Part shown: piece by piece, positions 1 to 9,901 of the stretch
Layout of the letters: each line of letters starts with the position of its first letter
Position numbering within the stretch: the first letter of the stretch is position 1
Source: a bacterium
GTDB lineage: Bacteria > Patescibacteriota > Minisyncoccia > Portnoybacterales > UBA2143
Length of the DNA stretch: 64,000 bases
NCBI GenBank assembly: GCA_043818835.1
Contig: JBDRFK010000010.1
Coordinates: 9,507 to 73,506 of the forward strand
Direction of reading: 5' to 3'
Program-made: the position numbers and the translations under genes
The notes under the pieces: generated by a model
Databases searched by the model: none
Seen by the model: only the letters and a program-made list of their open reading frames with translations
Told to the model about the DNA's origin: nothing

Positions 1-35
1 AATTATTTTAATTTTATAATAGATAATACAATAGT

Positions 36-230
36 ATGAAAGCGAAAGAAATAAATAAAAAAAACGAAAAAGAATTACAGACTGTTTTAAAAGAAAAACG
101 CTTGCAATTGGGTGAGATGAGGTTTACGTTATCTTCAAAGAAAATTAAGAATGTAAAAGAAGTTAGTGTGTTGCGTCGTGATATTGCTAGAATATTAACT
201 ATTTTAAATAGTAGAAAACAAAATGGATAA
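36..230 (+). CDS. rpmC: 50S ribosomal protein L29
   Basis: 64 aa basic protein; position immediately before S17 in the S10/spc-type gene order; L29-like sequence. Confidence 0.85.
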   Translation: MKAKEINKKNEKELQTVLKEKRLQLGEMRFTLSSKKIKNVKEVSVLRRDIARILTILNSRKQNG

Positions 231-522
231 TAATAAAAAAACTGCTAAAGGTAATACTGAGGCAGAAAAAGAAAATAGTAAAGCTAAAGGCAAACTTTTA
301 AGGGGCGTTGTTGTTAGTGATAAAATGGATAAGACTATAACTGTGATAGTTACTCGTTTTAAGAAACATCCGAAGTATAAGAAAAGATATAAAATTAGTA
401 AGAAGTATAAAGCGCATGATGAGAGTAATAAATTTAAAGAAGGTGATAGAGTTATTATCCAAGAATGTTCTCCGATTAGTAAAGATAAAAGATGGAAAGT
501 TAAGGCTTTGTCTAAAAATTAG
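223..522 (+). CDS. rpsQ: 30S ribosomal protein S17
   Basis: [14 protein letters not shown]...[13 protein letters not shown] matches the S17 OB-fold signature; 8-bp overlap with rpmC. Confidence 0.9.
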   Translation: MDNNKKTAKGNTEAEKENSKAKGKLLRGVVVSDKMDKTITVIVTRFKKHPKYKKRYKISKKYKAHDESNKFKEGDRVIIQECSPISKDKRWKVKALSKN

Positions 523-568
523 AGTGTTAGCTAATAAATTTTGAAAAAAAATTTAACCAAGAAATATT

Positions 569-934
569 ATGATTCAGGTAGGAACAAAATTAAAAGTAGC
601 AGATAATACTGGCGCAAAAACAATCCAGTGTTTTAAGGTGCTTAGAGGTAGTCATCGTCGTTATGCTCGCATAGGTGATATTATTGTGGCATCGGTAAAG
701 AGCGCCGAACCTCGTAAGGCTGTTAAGAAAAAAGATGTTGTTAAGGCCGTTGTGGTACGTCAACGCAAGGCTTATCGTCGGGCTGATGGTTCTTATATCC
801 GTTTTGATGATAATGCGGCAGTTATTTTAGATGGGTTGAATCCAAAAGGTGGTCGTATTTTCGGACCTATTCCTAGAGAAATAAAAGAAAAGGGATATGA
901 TAAGATTGCTTCTCTGGCAGTAGAAGTGCTATAG
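569..934 (+). CDS. rplN: 50S ribosomal protein L14
   Basis: [17 protein letters not shown]... is the canonical L14 N-terminus. Confidence 0.95.
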   Translation: MIQVGTKLKVADNTGAKTIQCFKVLRGSHRRYARIGDIIVASVKSAEPRKAVKKKDVVKAVVVRQRKAYRRADGSYIRFDDNAAVILDGLNPKGGRIFGPIPREIKEKGYDKIASLAVEVL

Positions 935-962
935 AAGATTAACTTGAATATAATTATAAATT

Positions 963-1274
963 TTGTATATGAAGATTAAAAAAGGTGATACAGTTTTAAT
1001 AATAAGTGGTAAAGACCGTGGAAGAAAGGGTAAAGTTTTACAGTCCTTGCCTAAATTAAATAAAATTGTTGTGGAAGGAATCAATATAATCAAGAAACAT
1101 CGTCGTCCTCGTAATGAACGAGAAAAAGGTCAAGTTGTAGAATTGGCTAAACCGATTAGTATTTCTAATGTTAAATTGATTTGTTCAAAATGTAGCAAAG
1201 CGACAAGAACTGGTTTTAAGGTTGTGGAAGATAAAAAATATAGAATTTGTAAAAAGTGTAAGCAGGAAATTTAA
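963..1274 (+). CDS. rplX: 50S ribosomal protein L24 (Cys4 zinc-ribbon variant C-terminus)
   Basis: KOW motif GDTVLIISGKDRGRKGKV. The C-terminal region CSKCSKATRTGFKVVEDKKYRICKKC aligns to the E. coli L24 C-terminus but carries 4 Cys. Confidence 0.9.
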   Translation: MYMKIKKGDTVLIISGKDRGRKGKVLQSLPKLNKIVVEGINIIKKHRRPRNEREKGQVVELAKPISISNVKLICSKCSKATRTGFKVVEDKKYRICKKCKQEI

Positions 1275-1283
1275 AAAATATTT

Positions 1284-1829
1284 ATGAATAGAATAAAAGA
1301 AAAATATAATAAAGAAGTCGCGCCAAAATTGAAGGAAAAATTTGGTTATAAGAATATTTTTTCTATTCCTAAGATTAGTAAGGTTGTTGTGAACGTTGGT
1401 TTTAATCCAACGACTAAAGATGCTAATGTGCAAGAAGACATAGTAAGGGATATATCTTTGATTGTTGGACAAAAGCCATCTTTGCGTCCAGCACGCAAGG
1501 CTATTGCTGGATTCAAAATTAGAGAGAATATGATTGTAGGTGTTGCTGTTACTTTACGTAGAGAAAAAATGTATGATTTCATTGATAGATTAGTTAGTAT
1601 TTCTTTACCTCGTAGTCGTGATTTCCGAGGCTTGTCTCGAAGTTGCGTTGATCAATCTGGTAATTTAAATATTGGTATAAAAGAACAAATAATTTTTCCA
1701 GAGATCTCAACCGAAAGTGCTAAAAATATTTTCGGATTACAGGTGACAGTTTCAACAACAGCTAAAAGTAAGGAAGAAGGAGAAGAATTATTTAAACTAT
1801 TAGGATTTCCTATACAGTTTGAGGAATAG
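1284..1829 (+). CDS. rplE: 50S ribosomal protein L5
   Basis: 181 aa; YKNIFSIPKISKVVVNVG... is L5-like; sits in the conserved operon position. Confidence 0.9.
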   Translation: MNRIKEKYNKEVAPKLKEKFGYKNIFSIPKISKVVVNVGFNPTTKDANVQEDIVRDISLIVGQKPSLRPARKAIAGFKIRENMIVGVAVTLRREKMYDFIDRLVSISLPRSRDFRGLSRSCVDQSGNLNIGIKEQIIFPEISTESAKNIFGLQVTVSTTAKSKEEGEELFKLLGFPIQFEE

Positions 1830-1870
1830 GTATTGATTTTATTGATTAACTTAGGTATATTATCAACTAT

Positions 1871-2056
1871 ATGGCTAGAAAAGCTCTCATTGCTAAAGCA
1901 AAAAGAAAACCAAAATTTTCAACACGAACAATCCGTCGTTGTTTTAAGTGTGGACGTAATCACGGCTTTATGAGAAAGTTTGGTCTTTGTCGAATATGTT
2001 TTAGAGAATTAGCTAATAAGGGTGAGCTACCTGGCATTAAAAAATCATCATGGTAA
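1871..2056 (+). CDS. rpsZ: 30S ribosomal protein S14 type Z (zinc-binding)
   Basis: 61 aa with [20 protein letters not shown] (CxxC...CxxC). Confidence 0.9.
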   Translation: MARKALIAKAKRKPKFSTRTIRRCFKCGRNHGFMRKFGLCRICFRELANKGELPGIKKSSW

Positions 2057-2445
2057 TTGATCCAATTGCAGACATGTTAATACGTATCAAGAATGCGCAA
2101 TCTGTTAAACACAAAACGGTTGTTATTCCATTTTCCAAGATTAAGTTATCTTTGGCTGAGGTTTTAAATAAAAATGGTTGGCTTGGCGATATTAAAACTG
2201 GTGGTAAAAAAATTGATAAGTATATTGAATTGGAATTAAAGTATGATATAGATGGTCAGCCTCTAATAAAGGAATTGAAAAGAGTTAGTAAATGTGGTTG
2301 CAGAATTTATATTAAGAAAGATGAGATCAGGTCCTTACATCAGGGTTACGGTTTATCTGTGATTTCTACGTCGAAGGGGTTGATGTCAGATATGGAAGCT
2401 AAAAAAATAGGTTTAGGTGGAGAGGTAATCTGTCAAGTTTGGTAG
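2050..2445 (+). CDS. rpsH: 30S ribosomal protein S8
   Basis: [15 protein letters not shown]-terminus is diagnostic of S8. Confidence 0.95.
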   Translation: MVIDPIADMLIRIKNAQSVKHKTVVIPFSKIKLSLAEVLNKNGWLGDIKTGGKKIDKYIELELKYDIDGQPLIKELKRVSKCGCRIYIKKDEIRSLHQGYGLSVISTSKGLMSDMEAKKIGLGGEVICQVW

Positions 2446-2499
2446 TATTCTCAAAACTTGAAATTTGTAGTTTGAAACTAAAAATTTATTTTTGTATTT

Positions 2500-2533
2500 T
2501 AGTTCTAAGTTATAAGTTCTAAGTTATAAGTTT
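2500..2533. repeat. heptanucleotide tandem array (CTAAGTT/ATAAGTT x4) in the rpsH-rplF spacer
   Basis: agttctaagttataagttctaagttataagttt read directly. An 88-bp gap here is unusual inside an otherwise tightly packed r-protein operon. Confidence 0.7.
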
Positions 2534-3100
2534 ATGAGTAGAATAGGAAAACAACCAATTATTATTCCCGAAGGAGTTGAAGTTAAATTTGAGAATGGCG
2601 AAGTTGTGGTTAAGGGACCAAAGGGAGAATTAAAACAAGCTGTGTTATCACAAATGGACTTGTCTTTTAGTGACACCGAAGAGGGCGACAAAAAGATTAA
2701 AAGTTTACAAATTGTTCCTAAAAGAACAACCAAAAATAGTTCTGCTTTCTGGGGATTAACAAGAGCTTTAATTGCTAATATGGTCAAGGGTGTAACAGAG
2801 GGTTTTGAGAAAAAATTAGAGATTGAAGGAGTGGGCTATAGAGCATCTTTAGAAGGAACCAAATTGGTTTTGAGCTTAGGTCTTTCTCATCCTATTAATA
2901 TGGAGGCCCCTGATGGTATAACGTTTGTTGTTGAAAAAAATGTTATTACGGTTGCTGGTTTTGATAAACAGAAAGTAGGACAAGTTGCAGCAAAGATAAG
3001 AGATTATAAAAAACCAGAACCATATAAAGGAAAGGGGATACATTATGTTGGCGAGGTTGTTCGCCGTAAGGCTGGTAAGAAAACCGTAGCTGGAGAATAA
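2534..3100 (+). CDS. rplF: 50S ribosomal protein L6
   Basis: MSRIGKQPIIIPEGVEV... is the canonical L6 start. Confidence 0.95.
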   Translation: MSRIGKQPIIIPEGVEVKFENGEVVVKGPKGELKQAVLSQMDLSFSDTEEGDKKIKSLQIVPKRTTKNSSAFWGLTRALIANMVKGVTEGFEKKLEIEGVGYRASLEGTKLVLSLGLSHPINMEAPDGITFVVEKNVITVAGFDKQKVGQVAAKIRDYKKPEPYKGKGIHYVGEVVRRKAGKKTVAGE

Positions 3101-3110
3101 ATTTGAATAT

Positions 3111-3449
3111 TTGAATATGAATAATAGACAAAATAGGCACAAAAGAATTAGAGCAAAAATAATTGGCAAAAAGAGTTGTCCTCGTCTTTCTGTTTTTCGT
3201 AGTAATAAGCATTTGGATTTACAATTAATAGATGATGATCAAGGAAAGACAATAGCAAGCGTTAGAGATACAGAAATTGAAAAAAAGTTAAATAAAAAAA
3301 ATTTAGCTAAAGAGGCGGGTAAATTGATAGCTCAAAAAGCAATAGATAAAAAAATAGAAAAAGTTGTTTTTGATCGCGGGGGTTATAGATATCATGGGCG
3401 AGTCAAGGCTGTTGCTGAGGGAGCTAGAGAGGCTGGATTAAAATTTTAG
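3111..3449 (+). CDS. rplR: 50S ribosomal protein L18
   Basis: RHKRIRAKIIG...RLSVFRSNKH is L18-like. Confidence 0.9.
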   Translation: MNMNNRQNRHKRIRAKIIGKKSCPRLSVFRSNKHLDLQLIDDDQGKTIASVRDTEIEKKLNKKNLAKEAGKLIAQKAIDKKIEKVVFDRGGYRYHGRVKAVAEGAREAGLKF

Positions 3450-3479
3450 GATTTTGTTTAAATCCTAAGACCAAATATT

Positions 3480-4064
3480 ATGGACGATAAAAATAATCAA
3501 AATAATAAAGAGACAAAATTTAACCGAAAAAATTCGGCTCGTGGCGACAGTGAACGAGAATTTGATCAGAAGTTATTGGACGTGTCTAGAGTTGTTCGTG
3601 TTGTGGCTGGTGGACGTCGATTTAGATTTCGCGTTGTTATTGTTATTGGTGATCACAAGGGTAGGGTTGGCGTAGGTGTTGCTAAGGGACAGGATGTAGT
3701 AATGGGTATTGAGAAAGCTGTGATTAACGCTAAGAAAAATATGATTACCGTTAAAACGGTTAATGGAACCATTCCTCACGAGGTGGAAGGTAAGTTTAAT
3801 AGAGCTAAAGTCTTATTAAAGCCGGGTCGTGTTGGTGGTGGTATTGTGGCTGGTGGCGCTGTGCGTGTTGTCTGTGAATTAGTTGGTATCAATAATATCT
3901 CGGCTAAAATTTTAGGGCGAACTACTAATAAGCTTAATAATGCACGTGCGGTTATTGTGGCTTTGAAGGATTTAAGATCAGAAAAAGTATCTGCTTCTCC
4001 TAAAGAAAATTCTAAGATTAAAAATATTAAGAAGGCGAAAAAAGTAAAAAAGCAAGATAAATAG
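3480..4064 (+). CDS. rpsE: 30S ribosomal protein S5
   Basis: RVVRVVAGGRRFRFRVVIVIGDHKGRVGVGVAKG (S5 dsRBD) plus a C-terminal domain. No L30 gene follows. Confidence 0.95.
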   Translation: MDDKNNQNNKETKFNRKNSARGDSEREFDQKLLDVSRVVRVVAGGRRFRFRVVIVIGDHKGRVGVGVAKGQDVVMGIEKAVINAKKNMITVKTVNGTIPHEVEGKFNRAKVLLKPGRVGGGIVAGGAVRVVCELVGINNISAKILGRTTNKLNNARAVIVALKDLRSEKVSASPKENSKIKNIKKAKKVKKQDK

Positions 4065-4068
4065 ATAT

Positions 4069-4578
4069 ATGCAATTAAATCAATTAAAACCTAATAATAA
4101 AAAATCACGCAAGCGTGTTGGTAGAGGAGGAAAGAAGGGTACGTATGCTGGGCGAGGATTGAAAGGTCAGAAGTCAAGATCTGGTAAGGATCTTCGTGTT
4201 GGTTTCGCTGGTGGTGATACTTCAACGATAATGCGTTTACCAAAACAGCGTGGAACTGTTGGTCATACTCATATACGGAAGGGAACAAAATTATCGAGAT
4301 ATACTCCTGATTGGGCGGTTTTTAATTTGGGAGATATAGATAAACTTTTTAAAGAAGGAGAAACTGTTTCGCCAAAATCATTGCTTGAGAAAAAAGTGAT
4401 CTATCGGGTTAGAAATAAAATTCCTTCAATTAAAATATTAGGTACCGGAAAATTAACAAAAAAAATTAAGTTTGAAGATGTTAAATTGTCCAAAAGTGTG
4501 AAAAAGGTTTTAGGCATTACAGATAAAAAGAAGTCAATTAAGAAGGAAAATATTAAAGACAAGAAAAGTGAAAAATAA
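4069..4578 (+). CDS. rplO: 50S ribosomal protein L15
   Basis: LKPNNKKSRKRVGRGGKKGTYAGRG Gly/Arg-rich L15 N-terminus. Confidence 0.9.
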   Translation: MQLNQLKPNNKKSRKRVGRGGKKGTYAGRGLKGQKSRSGKDLRVGFAGGDTSTIMRLPKQRGTVGHTHIRKGTKLSRYTPDWAVFNLGDIDKLFKEGETVSPKSLLEKKVIYRVRNKIPSIKILGTGKLTKKIKFEDVKLSKSVKKVLGITDKKKSIKKENIKDKKSEK

Positions 4579-4588
4579 CTAACTACTT

Positions 4589-5872
4589 ATGAAGTGGTAT
4601 CAAAAAGTTGTCCAAGTTTTTAAAATAAAGGATTTGCGGAAGAAGATTTTTTTCGTTTCAATAATGCTTGTTATTTTTCGTATTGTGGCGAATGTTCCTT
4701 TACCGACTATTGATACATCGCAGTTGAAACAATTTTTTGCTGGTAATCAACTATTTGGTCTTTTGAATATTTTTACAGGTGGAGCGTTAAGTAATTTATC
4801 TATTGGAATGTTGGGTATGGGTCCATATATTACCGCTGTAATTATTATGGAACTTTTAACAATGATATTTCCTGCTCTTGAAGCTCTTTATAAAGAAGAA
4901 GGTGAAGCTGGTAGACAAAAATTTAATCAATATGGGCGTTTATTAACGATTCCATTAGCGTTGTTACAGGGTTTTGCTATGTTGACCTTATTAAGTCGTC
5001 AGAATATTATCGGTCATTTGTCTATGTTTCAATGGTTTACGTCTTTGGCGCTAGTATGTGCTGGGGCTGTTTTTGTGATGTGGCTTGGCGAACTGATTTC
5101 TGAAAAAGGTATTGGTGATGGTGTTTCTATATTGATTTTGGCGGGTATTGTGGCTCATGTTCCTTTGTCTGTTAAAGAAATTGTTGTTACTTATGATCCA
5201 TCAAAGATCCCAGCATATATTGCCTTTCTTATTTTAGCATTAGTTATTACAGCAGGTGTTGTTATTATTAACGAAGGTCGTCGTAATATTCCAGTATCTT
5301 ATGCCAAACAAGTGCGTGGTAACAAAATGTATGGTGGTGTTTCAACCTATCTTCCATTAAACGTTAATCCAGCAGGTGTTATTCCAATTATCTTTGCGTT
5401 ATCAATTATGCTTTTCCCAGGGATGATAGCTAGTTTTTTAGGGACTTCAAGTATTGGATGGTTAGCAAGTTTTGCGCAATGGGTGGGTGCGCTATTCCAG
5501 AATCAGTGGTTTTATGGCAGTATTTATTTCGCCTTAGTGGTTTTATTTACATATTTTTATACAGCAGTCACGTTTGATCCAAAGAATGTGGCAGAAAACT
5601 TGCAAAAGATGGGTGGTTTTATTCCGGGGATTCGTCCAGGACAGCCAACAGTTGATTTTCTTTATCATATTTTAAATAGAGTCCTTTTGTTTGGAGCAGT
5701 ATTTTTAGGGACAATTGCAGTTTTGCCGTCTGTCGTTCAGGGCGTTACTGGCGTTCAAGCCTTTGGTTTTGTTATTGGCGGTACAGCGTTATTGATTATC
5801 GTTGCTGTAGTTTTAGATACTTTAAGACAAATAGAATCCCAGCTGACTATGCGGGATTATGAGGGGTTTTAA
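4589..5872 (+). CDS. secY: preprotein translocase subunit SecY
   Basis: 427 aa, 10 TM segments, conserved position after rplO. Confidence 0.95.
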   Translation: MKWYQKVVQVFKIKDLRKKIFFVSIMLVIFRIVANVPLPTIDTSQLKQFFAGNQLFGLLNIFTGGALSNLSIGMLGMGPYITAVIIMELLTMIFPALEALYKEEGEAGRQKFNQYGRLLTIPLALLQGFAMLTLLSRQNIIGHLSMFQWFTSLALVCAGAVFVMWLGELISEKGIGDGVSILILAGIVAHVPLSVKEIVVTYDPSKIPAYIAFLILALVITAGVVIINEGRRNIPVSYAKQVRGNKMYGGVSTYLPLNVNPAGVIPIIFALSIMLFPGMIASFLGTSSIGWLASFAQWVGALFQNQWFYGSIYFALVVLFTYFYTAVTFDPKNVAENLQKMGGFIPGIRPGQPTVDFLYHILNRVLLFGAVFLGTIAVLPSVVQGVTGVQAFGFVIGGTALLIIVAVVLDTLRQIESQLTMRDYEGF

Positions 5873-6098
5873 ATTTTAAAATAAGGAGATGTTGTTATGG
5901 ATGGAATAATAATTTGGCACTCTGTTCATAGAGATAATGGAGCAATTACGGGAAGTTGTTTAGAAAAGTTTACCGGTTAGGATGATGAGACATTGGTAAA
6001 ACATATTAATAATACAATTATGATTAACAAAACTCGTTTTGGGTTTAGAATTGTTCATCAGATATTGATAACTAACGAAAATAAATAAGATTTCTAAT

Positions 6099-6121
6099 GT
6101 CCCCTGACGATGTCGGGGGAC
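6099..6121. other. GC hairpin (gtcccc-N11-ggggac) in the 290-bp secY-adk spacer
   Basis: Inverted repeat read directly. No following T-run, so not a clear intrinsic terminator. Confidence 0.3.
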
Positions 6122-6163
6122 TAATACGTTGTAGTTATCTATATTGAGTGCTAACATATAACT

Positions 6164-6835
6164 ATGTCAAAAGTATATATAATCTATGGCGCACCGGGGT
6201 CGGGGAAGGGGACGCAAGCCAATTTGTTGGCTGAAAAGATGGGGGTGATTCATTTTGATACTGGATATGCGATTGAGAAAAAAGTACATAATCCAGATTT
6301 GCAAGATGATTTGATAATTCAACGCGAAAAAAAAATGTTTGACGAAGGTGTTTTGTGTACGCCTGAATGGGTGGCGCAGATAGTTGAAGAAGCGATAGAA
6401 AAGATACATAGAAAAGGAAAAGGAATTGTCTTTAGTGGATCGCCAAGAACTTTGCCGGAAACAAAAACATTTATCCCACTTGTCGAAAAATTATATAACA
6501 GAGAAAACATCAAGATTATACGCATCAATGTTAAACCAGAAACATCTATTTACAGAAACAGTCATCGGCGTGTATGTAAAAATTGCGGTTTGTCTTTGGT
6601 TTATACGCCAGAAAATAAAAAATTAGATAAATGTCCGAAATGTGGTGGCAAATTGATAAAAAGAGTTTTAGATAAACCAGAAACGATTGAGGTGCGATTA
6701 AAAGAGTTTAATAAAAGGACAGAGCCGATTTATGAATTTCTAACAGACAAAGGATATGAGATTGTAGATATTGATGGCGAACCATCGGTAGAGGAAATTC
6801 ATCAGGATATTTTGTTCCAAATCAATCACGAATAA
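6164..6835 (+). CDS. adk: adenylate kinase with zinc-binding lid (CxxC...CxxC)
   Basis: P-loop GAPGSGKGTQA; lid CKNCG...CPKCG. Confidence 0.9.
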   Translation: MSKVYIIYGAPGSGKGTQANLLAEKMGVIHFDTGYAIEKKVHNPDLQDDLIIQREKKMFDEGVLCTPEWVAQIVEEAIEKIHRKGKGIVFSGSPRTLPETKTFIPLVEKLYNRENIKIIRINVKPETSIYRNSHRRVCKNCGLSLVYTPENKKLDKCPKCGGKLIKRVLDKPETIEVRLKEFNKRTEPIYEFLTDKGYEIVDIDGEPSVEEIHQDILFQINHE

Positions 6836-6881
6836 TTATTTTTAATAATTCGTGATAAAATTAGTGATTGATTAGAGATTT

Positions 6882-7628
6882 ATGATTCCAATTAAAAGTC
6901 AACAAGAAATAGAAATAATGAAAGAAGGTGGGCGTTTTTTAGCCGGCATAATTAAGGAATTGGAGAACAAAGTTGCGCCTGGAATATCTACAAAAGAATT
7001 GGATATAATGGCAGAAAAACTAATTTTAAAAGTTGGCGCTACACCATCATTTAAGGGATATAATCAATTTCCATCTGCTTTGTGCATTTCTGTGAATAAT
7101 GAAATTGTGCATGGCGTACCATCAAAAAGAATATTAAAAGACGGCGATATTGTCAGCTTAGATTTGGGAATTTTATACAAAGGATTTCATACAGATATGG
7201 CGGTAACAGTACCAGTAGGCGAGGTATCATCTGAAGCAACTCGCTTGATTCGTGTAACAAAAAAATCGTTGAAGCGCGCTATCGCCAGAACAAAAGAAGG
7301 CAGAACAATTGGCGATATTGGTCATGCGGTGCAGAATTATGTTGAAGAACAAGAATTTGGCATAGTGCGTGAGTTGTGTGGTCATGGAGTTGGACGTGAA
7401 CTGCATGAAGATCCAGAGGTGCCAAATTTTGGACAAAGACATAAGGGCCCGAAACTTAAAAGCGGAATGGTATTAGCAATAGAGCCGATGGTAACAGTGG
7501 GTGATTGGAAAATTAAATTATCGCCGAATAGACTTTGTTTTGAAACAAAAGATGGGTCTTTATCTGCTCATTTTGAACATACGGTTTTGGTGACAAATAC
7601 TGGAGGAAAAGTTTTAACAACTATTTAA
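6882..7628 (+). CDS. map: type I methionine aminopeptidase
   Basis: 248 aa pita-bread fold with metal ligands (D..D..H..E..E pattern); conserved position after adk. Confidence 0.9.
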   Translation: MIPIKSQQEIEIMKEGGRFLAGIIKELENKVAPGISTKELDIMAEKLILKVGATPSFKGYNQFPSALCISVNNEIVHGVPSKRILKDGDIVSLDLGILYKGFHTDMAVTVPVGEVSSEATRLIRVTKKSLKRAIARTKEGRTIGDIGHAVQNYVEEQEFGIVRELCGHGVGRELHEDPEVPNFGQRHKGPKLKSGMVLAIEPMVTVGDWKIKLSPNRLCFETKDGSLSAHFEHTVLVTNTGGKVLTTI

Positions 7629-7629
7629 A

Positions 7630-7654
7630 AATCCCGCTCGGCGGGATTTTTAAA
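7630..7654. terminator. bidirectional intrinsic terminator between map (+) and thrS (-)
   Basis: aaaatcccgc-tcg-gcgggatttt: perfect hairpin flanked by A-run and T-run. Confidence 0.75.
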
Positions 7655-7655
7655 T

Positions 7656-9410
7656 CTATATTTTATTCTTAATTTCTTTACTTATCTTGTCTATAAATTC
7701 TTCAATCTTCATCTGGCCAAGGTCGCCATCCTTACGATGTCGGGCGCTAACCATTTTAGCGTCTTTTTCTTTATCGCCGATAATTAACATATATGGCACT
7801 TTTTCGTTTTGGCTGTTCCTTATTTTTTTACCCAAAGTGTCATCGTCATCTTTCAAAACAGCGCGAATATCGCTTTCTTTTAATTTATTTAAAATTTCAT
7901 TAGCAAATTCTTTTTGCTTTTCACTGATAGTCAAAATATGAACTTGTTCTGGTGCGAGCCAAGCAGGGAAGGCGCCGGCGAAGTATTCAATTAATAACGT
8001 TAAAAATCTTTCATAAGATCCTAAAATTGCGCGATGAACCATTACTGGGTTAATACTGTTTCCTTTTTCGTCTGTATAAACTAAATCAAATCTTTTTGGA
8101 GTGGCGAAATCTACTTGAACAGTTGGGATTTGAATTTCTTTGCCTAAAGAATCTTTAAACATAAAATCTAATTTAGGTCCATATAGCGCCGCTTCGCCTT
8201 CCATTTTTTTCGCATCTAATTTCATCTCATCGGATATTTCTTGAAGCATATTTTCGCATGTATCCCAATCTTTAACATCTCCAATATATTTTTCTGGATG
8301 ATCATAATCTCTTACAGATAAGGATACCCAATGGTTATCCCACATTCCAAGTGATTTGTAGAAATCTTGGATAATATTAACCATGTTTTTAATCTCTTCT
8401 TTGACCTGATCTACTCGACAGAATGAATGTCCATCTTCTACAGTAATGGCTATGACTCTACTTAGACCACTTATTTCTCCAGGTTTTTCATCGCGATATT
8501 GTTTATTAGATTCCATATAGCGAATAGGAAGATCTCTGTATGAACGTGGATGAGAAGCGTATATCTGAGTTTGGTGCGGACATTGCACAGGCTTAAGCAC
8601 ATAGTTTTGTTTATGATGTGACCGAACATGAAAAAGCTCATCGCCAAATTTTTGAGCATGACCAGATAATTCATATAAATCTATTTTTGCTAAGTGTGGA
8701 GTCATAACTTTTTCAAAACCATATCTTCGACAAACAGATTCTATATGTTTTTGTAGTTCATCAATAATTATAGTTCCTTTTGGTGAAAATAGAGGTAAGC
8801 CAGGACCAACTAAATCCGAAAAAGAAAATAGATCTAATTCTTTCCCTAATTTTCTATGATCGCGTTTTTCGGCTTCTGCGACCATTTCTAAATGTTTATC
8901 TAATTCTTCTTTATTTTCAAAAGCAACTCCATAAATGCGAGTGAGCATCGGATTTTTTTCGTCTCCACGCCAATAAGCGCCGGCGACTTTAGTCAGTTTA
9001 AACGCATCAGGGTTTAGTTCTTTGGTAGAATTAATATGTGGGCCCTTGCATAGATCGGTAAAATCTTGCAATTTGTAACTTATAACTTGCAACTTCTTTT
9101 GTTCTTTTTTAATGTCATTGACGAGTTCTAACTTGTAAGGCTGATTTTTAAAGATTTTTTTAGCTTCGGATATTGCCAATTCTTTTTTTTCAAATTTCAA
9201 ATCTTTTTTAATTATCTCGCGCATTTTCTTCTCTATCTTTTTCAAATCTTCAAGTGTGATTTTTACTTTATCAAAGTCGTAATAAAAACCATTTTCAATG
9301 GCTGGTCCAATTCCAAATTGCGCTTCAGGATGTATTTCCAAAACAGCTACTGCCAAGACATGGGCGAATGAATGACTAATTATCTCAATTGTTTTGTTTG
9401 AATTATTCAT
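7656..9410 (-). CDS. thrS: threonyl-tRNA synthetase
   Basis: 584 aa; N-terminal HSFAHVLAVAV editing-domain region, class II core, C-terminal anticodon-binding domain. Confidence 0.9.
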   Translation of the reverse strand: MNNSNKTIEIISHSFAHVLAVAVLEIHPEAQFGIGPAIENGFYYDFDKVKITLEDLKKIEKKMREIIKKDLKFEKKELAISEAKKIFKNQPYKLELVNDIKKEQKKLQVISYKLQDFTDLCKGPHINSTKELNPDAFKLTKVAGAYWRGDEKNPMLTRIYGVAFENKEELDKHLEMVAEAEKRDHRKLGKELDLFSFSDLVGPGLPLFSPKGTIIIDELQKHIESVCRRYGFEKVMTPHLAKIDLYELSGHAQKFGDELFHVRSHHKQNYVLKPVQCPHQTQIYASHPRSYRDLPIRYMESNKQYRDEKPGEISGLSRVIAITVEDGHSFCRVDQVKEEIKNMVNIIQDFYKSLGMWDNHWVSLSVRDYDHPEKYIGDVKDWDTCENMLQEISDEMKLDAKKMEGEAALYGPKLDFMFKDSLGKEIQIPTVQVDFATPKRFDLVYTDEKGNSINPVMVHRAILGSYERFLTLLIEYFAGAFPAWLAPEQVHILTISEKQKEFANEILNKLKESDIRAVLKDDDDTLGKKIRNSQNEKVPYMLIIGDKEKDAKMVSARHRKDGDLGQMKIEEFIDKISKEIKNKI

Positions 9411-9439
9411 AATAATTATCTACTATGTTTACTATAGTC

Positions 9440-9886
9440 TTAATAAGCACAACCCGCTGTAACAAGTACTCGGTAGTCATCGGCTGTTCCACTTATTTTA
9501 TCTGTGCCAGCAGTAAACAAATAGCTTGCACCTGGATTACTATTGCAATCATTGTCGTCGTATCCGTAATAATTACCCCAAGGATCTTTATCAATTCGCT
9601 GAGAAAAATAACCACCATTAACCAAAGCGGTGATTACGTTTGTCCACGAACTATTAGGCGGATTAGAACAAGAAGAACATAGATCTCCTGGTGGTGGCAA
9701 CTCTCCTTTATCTATTTTATAAATTAACATAGCCTTTCTTAATTGATCAATATCTGTCTTGGCCTTAGCATATTTTGCCTTTTCTCTTACGCTATTAACA
9801 CTAACCAAAACAATACTCGCCAGAAGACCAATTATAGCAATAACCACAAGAAGCTCTATTAAAGTAAACGCTTTTTTTTGATTCAT
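9440..9886 (-). CDS. type IV pilin / pseudopilin (prepilin N-terminal methylation motif)
   Basis: MNQKKAFTLIELLVVIAIIGLLASIV: class III signal peptide plus hydrophobic helix. N-terminal 33 aa nearly identical to the ORF at 42346. Confidence 0.85.
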   Translation of the reverse strand: MNQKKAFTLIELLVVIAIIGLLASIVLVSVNSVREKAKYAKAKTDIDQLRKAMLIYKIDKGELPPPGDLCSSCSNPPNSSWTNVITALVNGGYFSQRIDKDPWGNYYGYDDNDCNSNPGASYLFTAGTDKISGTADDYRVLVTAGCAY

Positions 9887-9901
9887 TTTTTTAGTTTAAT
9901 T

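Noticed and set aside
1185-3212. Minus-strand ORFs (1185..1472, 1346..1582, 2524..2787, 2876..3169, 2946..3212) overlapping ribosomal protein genes
   Set aside because: Antisense to highly conserved r-protein genes. Low-complexity AT-rich translations. Typical shadow ORFs.
5889-5972. 27-codon ORF with an SD (aaggag) just after secY
   Set aside because: Very short, not conserved-looking, and followed by further non-coding sequence. Insufficient evidence; it may belong to the regulatory spacer before adk.
9425-9682. Plus-strand 85-aa ORF overlapping the pilin gene
   Set aside because: Antisense shadow of the well-supported pilin CDS; no RBS.
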